A stretch of 63,922 bases of DNA, filler included, from Nanobdellota archaeon (GTDB taxonomy: Archaea > Nanobdellota > Nanobdellia > Woesearchaeales > CAZZGN01): NCBI GenBank assembly GCA_051819665.1. It is 3 parts of 3 records of this genome, joined end to end, with 100 filler letters (N's around TTAATTAATTAA, not from the genome) between each part and the next. Parts side by side here need not be neighbours in the genome. Positions count along the whole stretch, not along the records: positions 44,752 to 63,922 come from JBNJDG010000016.1; 2 more parts are not named here. The stretch is one strand, 5' to 3'. A model generated the notes under the pieces. That model ran no database searches. It was given only the letters and a program-made list of their open reading frames with translations, and was not told the DNA's origin. Positions 59,083-63,922 of the stretch are shown here, piece by piece. Both the position numbers and the translations under genes were made by a program. The first letter of the stretch is position 1. The number at the start of each line of letters is the position of its first letter.

Positions 59083-59625
59083 ATGAAACACAAAAAAGGA
59101 CTCTCAAACATACTCTTGATCTCCCTATTAGGATTCACTCTGGCGTATACTTCCCCGAAGAAAGCAGAGGCACAGGACAATGTGAAACCGATCGTGAATG
59201 CAGGATACTCATATCACGGTAACGGCCAGCACATGATCTCCCACGGTGCTTCCTTCGAGTTCTCGAACGAGGAATACGGCCCTTTTTTCGCGGAGCTCGG
59301 CCTGAACCACAACAACCATAATCTCAAGAATCATCCGAAAGGAGGATTCGAGACACTTGATTTCATGATGGGTTATAAAGAAGAGAGTGACTGGAAAAGA
59401 AGTGGTTTCAAGATAGGTGTTGGCACCGAATTTGAAGCTTTCGGCGGCAAAGGAGTGCTATATGACAAGTTCTCTGTAGAGGCTTCAAAGAAGATAGATG
59501 CACTGGACGGTCTCGAGCTTGAAGCAGAGGCAGGCTACTTCAGACAGGGCACCTTTTCAGAAGATAAAGGCCTTGACAGAAAAAGCGGGCCTGTCGGCTC
59601 TATAACCATTAAATACGGGTTCTAG
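59083..59625 (+). CDS. Secreted beta-rich hypothetical protein
   Basis: Signal peptide ending AEA-Q; amphipathic strands; terminal Phe. Confidence 0.7.
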   Translation: MKHKKGLSNILLISLLGFTLAYTSPKKAEAQDNVKPIVNAGYSYHGNGQHMISHGASFEFSNEEYGPFFAELGLNHNNHNLKNHPKGGFETLDFMMGYKEESDWKRSGFKIGVGTEFEAFGGKGVLYDKFSVEASKKIDALDGLELEAEAGYFRQGTFSEDKGLDRKSGPVGSITIKYGF

Positions 59626-59659
59626 AGACCAAAGATTCAATCAAAAAAGGAGGAGAAGT

Positions 59660-60589
59660 TCATTTACCCTCCACCTCTGATTTCTTGACGAACTCGAATG
59701 CGGAATAGGACGCAAGCACCGCTTCTCCTACACCGGTTATTGCCTGCTTGAATACTGTATCCACGCAATCACCGGCAGCAAAAAAGCCGGGTATATTGGT
59801 CTCCGCGTTCCTGTTTATGACGATCTCCTTCTTACCGTTGACCTCTACACCAAGATCCTCTGCAATACCCGTCAGAGGCACATGACCAATAGCCACGAAA
59901 GCCCCCTGGAGAGGCAGCTCGTAAGAGCCGTTATATTCCTTGTCAAGCTTCACTCCAGATAATATCTTATCACCGAGGAATTCCTTCACATTGGCATTAT
60001 TGACTATCTCTATCTTACCCTCGTCAACCTTCTCCATGATCCTCTTATGATTTATGGGCTCGGGCCTTATCTTCTCTCTCCTGTAGATTATATAGACCTT
60101 TCTGGCTATCTCTGAAAGCACAAGCGCATCTTTAGCCGCAGAATCCGAGCCGCCGATGACAGCAACATCCTTGTTCCTGAAGAAAGTACCGTCACAGAGG
60201 GCACAATAACTAACTCCCTTATTGGCAAGCCTCTTCTCGCTCTCTAACCCGAGTTTCTTCCACCTGGAGCCTGTAGCATAGATAACAGTCTTAGACTCAT
60301 ATTCATTCGAAGTGGTCTTTATCCTGAATCCTTTATCGGTCTTCTCTATCTTCTCTACCCTTTCCTGCCTCATATCCACATCATAATCTTCCGCATGCTC
60401 TTTCAGCTTATCTGCCAGCTCCTGCCCGGAAAGGCTCTTGAATCCCGGATAGTTCTCCACAAGATGCGTTGTCGTTATCGTCCCGCCGATCTCTTCTCCA
60501 ATTATAAGGGTCTTCGCATTGAACCTGCCCGAATACATGGCTCCGGCAAGCCCTACTACTCCTGCTCCTATGATAGTTATATCGTACAT
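59660..60589 (-). CDS. trxB: Thioredoxin reductase
   Basis: IIGAG..G, VENYPG, GVSYCALCDG, GGSDSA and AAGD. Confidence 0.93.
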   Translation of the reverse strand: MYDITIIGAGVVGLAGAMYSGRFNAKTLIIGEEIGGTITTTHLVENYPGFKSLSGQELADKLKEHAEDYDVDMRQERVEKIEKTDKGFRIKTTSNEYESKTVIYATGSRWKKLGLESEKRLANKGVSYCALCDGTFFRNKDVAVIGGSDSAAKDALVLSEIARKVYIIYRREKIRPEPINHKRIMEKVDEGKIEIVNNANVKEFLGDKILSGVKLDKEYNGSYELPLQGAFVAIGHVPLTGIAEDLGVEVNGKKEIVINRNAETNIPGFFAAGDCVDTVFKQAITGVGEAVLASYSAFEFVKKSEVEGK

Positions 60590-60970
60590 GATTATCACCT
60601 TAACATATGTAAAAGCAGGCATCTTTTTAAACATTGTGGAGAGGTGAAAGAAGTGCCTTCTATAATCACAACCGTGAAAGGCGAAATGCTTAAATAACAC
60701 TAGCTTTTGCATATTCGCTATGAAATCAGGGCTAGTTTTTTCGAATCTGAAAGATCATACTAGCCATAGTTCTGTCCATCATCATCTATAAGCCGGACAA
60801 GGTTCTTCTGGCTTACACATCATCAACACTTAAGCTGAAGTTCTTATATCCGGCAAACCGAATTTTGTTAGGCAGAGCTATAACAAAAGGCTTGCATCCA
60901 GAACTGCAGGAGGTAAAGAAAATGCAGAAAGACAGAGGAAAGGAACAGAAGGAGGATAAAGCACAGGCAA

Positions 60971-61768
60971 GTGCTGGTCGTATTCATCAACGGCTTTATA
61001 GGTATCGGATACAACAGCAGGCTTAAAGAAAGAGGAGAAAGATTAGATATAATAGACATATTCTATAATCTTCAGAGACTGGGAGATGACTGGACCTTAT
61101 ACGATGCCAGTTCTTACGCGATCGTGAACAGGATCTCTCCTAAGAAAGTTGACAAGACAGAGAACGCTGATGATATCCTCGAGCTCATGGTCGAAGAGTT
61201 AGAGAGGCCCAAGAAGAAACAGATGAAGGATAATGTAGAGCTGAGACAAAAATATCTTGAGAGAGCGAATGAGATAACTGGCACAGGAGCAGCTTACATA
61301 AACGCCCTTGACAGGATAAAGGACAAGAGTCTCCTGCCTTATCTTGAGGAAACACTCAATCTACTTCCTTCAATAGACGATGAGGTAAAGGAGAAAGTCT
61401 GGCCAAAGGAGGCGAACAGCGCCAATAAGCTCTATCTTCCCCTTGAGATCTCTGAAGCATTGATGCTCTATGATGAAGGTATCGATGTAAAAGCAGGACC
61501 TCAAACAGAACTGTACTTCGACAGGGCCATCGAAGAAGTAATGGCGAAAGAGGACAGGGGATACAGGACAACCAGATTCCTTACCGGCCCGAAAGGACCT
61601 GCATACCTGCCGGCGGAGAACGTGATCTGGACAAAGGAGGATTCTGTCGAAGACAAGCTCGATGATAAGGCCTACAGGGATTACGTCGCAGATTACATGA
61701 AGCTGTTCGGCTACAGAGCTGAAGAAGGCGCCAGAAAGATCTCCGAAAGTATGGAGGTGGAAAGATGA
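60971..61768 (+). CDS. Hypothetical protein, possible class Ic aaRS/CDPS-like catalytic domain
   Basis: LYDASSYAIVN and YLPLEISEALML..GIDVKAG; start uncertain (GTG). Confidence 0.5.
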   Translation: MLVVFINGFIGIGYNSRLKERGERLDIIDIFYNLQRLGDDWTLYDASSYAIVNRISPKKVDKTENADDILELMVEELERPKKKQMKDNVELRQKYLERANEITGTGAAYINALDRIKDKSLLPYLEETLNLLPSIDDEVKEKVWPKEANSANKLYLPLEISEALMLYDEGIDVKAGPQTELYFDRAIEEVMAKEDRGYRTTRFLTGPKGPAYLPAENVIWTKEDSVEDKLDDKAYRDYVADYMKLFGYRAEEGARKISESMEVER

Positions 61769-62388
61769 TCGGCATACTCGGAGGCATGGGCCCTGAAGCG
61801 ACAGCTGAATTATACATGAAACTGATCAGGTCTTATCAGGTCGAAGGCGCAAAGTACGATGCAGATTTCCCGAAGATGCATATAATCAATCTCCCTGTAC
61901 CTGATATGGTCGAGAATGAGAGTGAAGGGATCAAAGAGAGTATTGTCCTCGGCATAAGGCAGCTCGAATCTTCAGGGGCTGATATCATCGCAATCCCCTG
62001 CAACACAGCGATGCATTACGCAGAAGGCATCAGGACAAGAGCAAGGCTGGTGGATATAACCGAAGCGACAAGGGAAGATGCCCGGAGAAGAGGGCTGAAA
62101 AAACCAGGACTGTTGGGAACAGAGACGACGATAAGGGAAGGTCTCTATGGAGACACCATTAATCCTGATGAAAAAGAAAGGGAAGAGATCACCAGGATAA
62201 TAATGAGAGTCCTTTCGGGAAAAAAACTCCGGGAAGACAGGGAAAGGCTTGTTGAGATCGGCAACAGGCTTAAAGAGAGAGGTGCAGATGACGTCATCCT
62301 CGGCTGTACAGAACTCTCGCTCCTGCTGAAAGACCGGTTCATCGACAGCCTTGATTGTCTTGCAAAGAAGGTCAGGAGAATCTCCTGA
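61765..62388 (+). CDS. Aspartate/glutamate racemase family protein
   Basis: IGILGGMGPEAT, PCNT and LGCTEL (both catalytic Cys present). Confidence 0.92.
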   Translation: MIGILGGMGPEATAELYMKLIRSYQVEGAKYDADFPKMHIINLPVPDMVENESEGIKESIVLGIRQLESSGADIIAIPCNTAMHYAEGIRTRARLVDITEATREDARRRGLKKPGLLGTETTIREGLYGDTINPDEKEREEITRIIMRVLSGKKLREDRERLVEIGNRLKERGADDVILGCTELSLLLKDRFIDSLDCLAKKVRRIS

Positions 62389-62466
62389 CTTTTTATCATA
62401 CTTTATCATATTAAAACAAAAAAGTTTAAATATGGATTCTCCAAGTATTCCTATGGAGGGATATAT

Positions 62467-63303
62467 TTGAAAGAGAGGATGACACTTACACTGGACAAGG
62501 ACCTCATAAAGCATGTTGATAAGACCATCGATAAGCTGAAGGTGAAAAACAGGAGCCATGCGATAGAGCTACTCCTTACAAAAGCCCTCGGCAACCACAA
62601 ACCGAAGAAAGCCCTCATACTTGCCGGAGGCAAGGGAACTAGGCTCAAGCCCATAACGCACGAGATACCTAAACCCCTAGTACCTCTTCAGGAGAAGCCG
62701 ATCGTCGAGCATACACTGGACCTTCTCAAGAAACATAATATAAAGGACATTATCTTCTCCATAGGCTTCAAGGGAGAGAAGATCAAAGAATACTTCGGAG
62801 ATGGAAGGAGATTCGGCGTTAACATAACCTATGTGGAGGAGAAAGAACCCCTGGGGACAGCAGGACCCCTGAGGCTTGCGAAAGACCTTCTGGACGATAC
62901 TTTCCTGATGTGCAATGCAGACGAGGTCAAGAACATAGACCTTACAGACATGTACCTATTCCATAAAGAGAGCGGAGGTATGGGCACAATAGCTCTCACA
63001 TCCGTGAAGGATCCTTCCGCCTACGGTGTGGCAAGGATGAAAGGGAACTCGATAACAGAATTCGTCGAGAAACCGCCTAAGGACAAGGCACCCACCAATC
63101 TTATCAATTCAGGACTTTATATCCTCGAACCGGAAGTCATCGACTTCGTTCCTGAAGGCTTCTCCATGGTGGAGAAGGATGTATTCCCGAAAATAGCCGA
63201 GATGGGAAAGCTCAAAGGATACAATTTCGAGGGACAATGGTTCGACACAGGTACGATGGAAAGGTATGAGAAGGCCATTAAAGAATGGAAAGGCGTTGAA
63301 TAA
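62467..63303 (+). CDS. Ribbon-helix-helix domain fused to NDP-sugar pyrophosphorylase
   Basis: KERMTLTLD..L...VD...NRS.AIE; LAGGKGTRL.P.T..IPKPL, LGTAG, EKP and WFDTG. Confidence 0.9.
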   Translation: MKERMTLTLDKDLIKHVDKTIDKLKVKNRSHAIELLLTKALGNHKPKKALILAGGKGTRLKPITHEIPKPLVPLQEKPIVEHTLDLLKKHNIKDIIFSIGFKGEKIKEYFGDGRRFGVNITYVEEKEPLGTAGPLRLAKDLLDDTFLMCNADEVKNIDLTDMYLFHKESGGMGTIALTSVKDPSAYGVARMKGNSITEFVEKPPKDKAPTNLINSGLYILEPEVIDFVPEGFSMVEKDVFPKIAEMGKLKGYNFEGQWFDTGTMERYEKAIKEWKGVE

Positions 63304-63314
63304 GAGGTGTACAT

Positions 63315-63922
63315 ATGGGAATCTTCAAGAAATATGATATAAGAGGCATCTACCCTGATGAAATAGACGAGGATAACACTTACAGGATAGCAAGAGCTTA
63401 TGTCGAGCTCATAAGGGAAGAGACAGGAAAGAATGATCTGAGCTTTGTGGTCGGACGAGACATGAGACTGTCCTCACCGAAACTTACCGAAAAGGTCATT
63501 GATGGACTGACTGACGGAGGTGCCGATGTTGTTGACATAGGCCTCGCTTCAACACCCACATTCTACTTCGCCGTCGGAAAATATGGCCATGACGGAGGCG
63601 TACAGATCTCAGCCTCCCATAATCCGAAAGAGTACAATGGCCTTAAGCTCGTGAGAGCTAAGGCCTATCCAATAGGTCTTGACAACGGCCTCGACTGGAT
63701 AAGGGACAACCATAAGCAGGAGTTCAGAAAATATGAGAAAGGAAGAGTAGATGAAGAGCCGGGTGTAGTGGAAGAGGTTGTAAGTTATTCAAAAAAATTC
63801 TATGATTTTGATCTAAAGCCACTTAAAGTAGTATGTGATGTCGCCAACGCTATGAGCTCGATCGACCTCAACTCTTTGTTTGGTGAACTTCCATGCGAGC
63901 TTGTCAGGATGAACTTCGAGCT
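63315..63922 (+). CDS. Phosphomannomutase/phosphoglucomutase, runs off the window
   Basis: MGIFKKYDIRGIYP, GRDMRLSS, STP and ISASHNPKEYNGLK. Confidence 0.93.
   Translation, partial: MGIFKKYDIRGIYPDEIDEDNTYRIARAYVELIREETGKNDLSFVVGRDMRLSSPKLTEKVIDGLTDGGADVVDIGLASTPTFYFAVGKYGHDGGVQISASHNPKEYNGLKLVRAKAYPIGLDNGLDWIRDNHKQEFRKYEKGRVDEEPGVVEEVVSYSKKFYDFDLKPLKVVCDVANAMSSIDLNSLFGELPCELVRMNFE

Overview
Archaeal DNA, most consistent with a DPANN/Woesearchaeota-like MAG. This taxon call is an inference from archaeal ribosomal, RNAP, SRP and tRNA genes mixed with bacterial-type LeuRS, FolC, TMK, dUTPase and two-component genes. The window is three contigs joined by artificial N44-TTAATTAATTAA-N44 spacers: 1-24475, 24576-44651 and 44752-63922. 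The start of contig 2 is the exact reverse complement of window positions 1-99, so the real order is revcomp(contig 2) followed by contig 1. Most content is housekeeping: aIF5B, LeuRS, the S13-S4-S11-RpoD-L18e-L13-S9-RpoN, L1-P0-P1 and PIN-RpoE'-Spt4-S24e-S27ae operons, SRP RNA, three tRNAs, nucleotide metabolism, XPD, TrxB and PMM. No CRISPR, transposase or integrase was seen. The best candidates for undescribed biology are: (1) two tandem APC permease-SAM methyltransferase fusions with a homogenised MTase module in an ion-transport operon; (2) an array of hairpin-rich units, each ending in a copy of the tRNA-Pro 3' end; (3) a class-Ic aaRS/CDPS-like protein coupled to an amino-acid racemase; (4) two HK-REC operons that both end in the same unannotated helical 'FG'-repeat protein; (5) structured RNAs: an SRP RNA without helix 6, a K-turn over the L1 operon SD, an anti-SD hairpin RNA and twin C-rich-loop hairpins; (6) an AsnB-Dph6 fusion, a short Dph2 and a Cys->Ser ThyA. 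All calls come from motif reading by eye; no searches were run.
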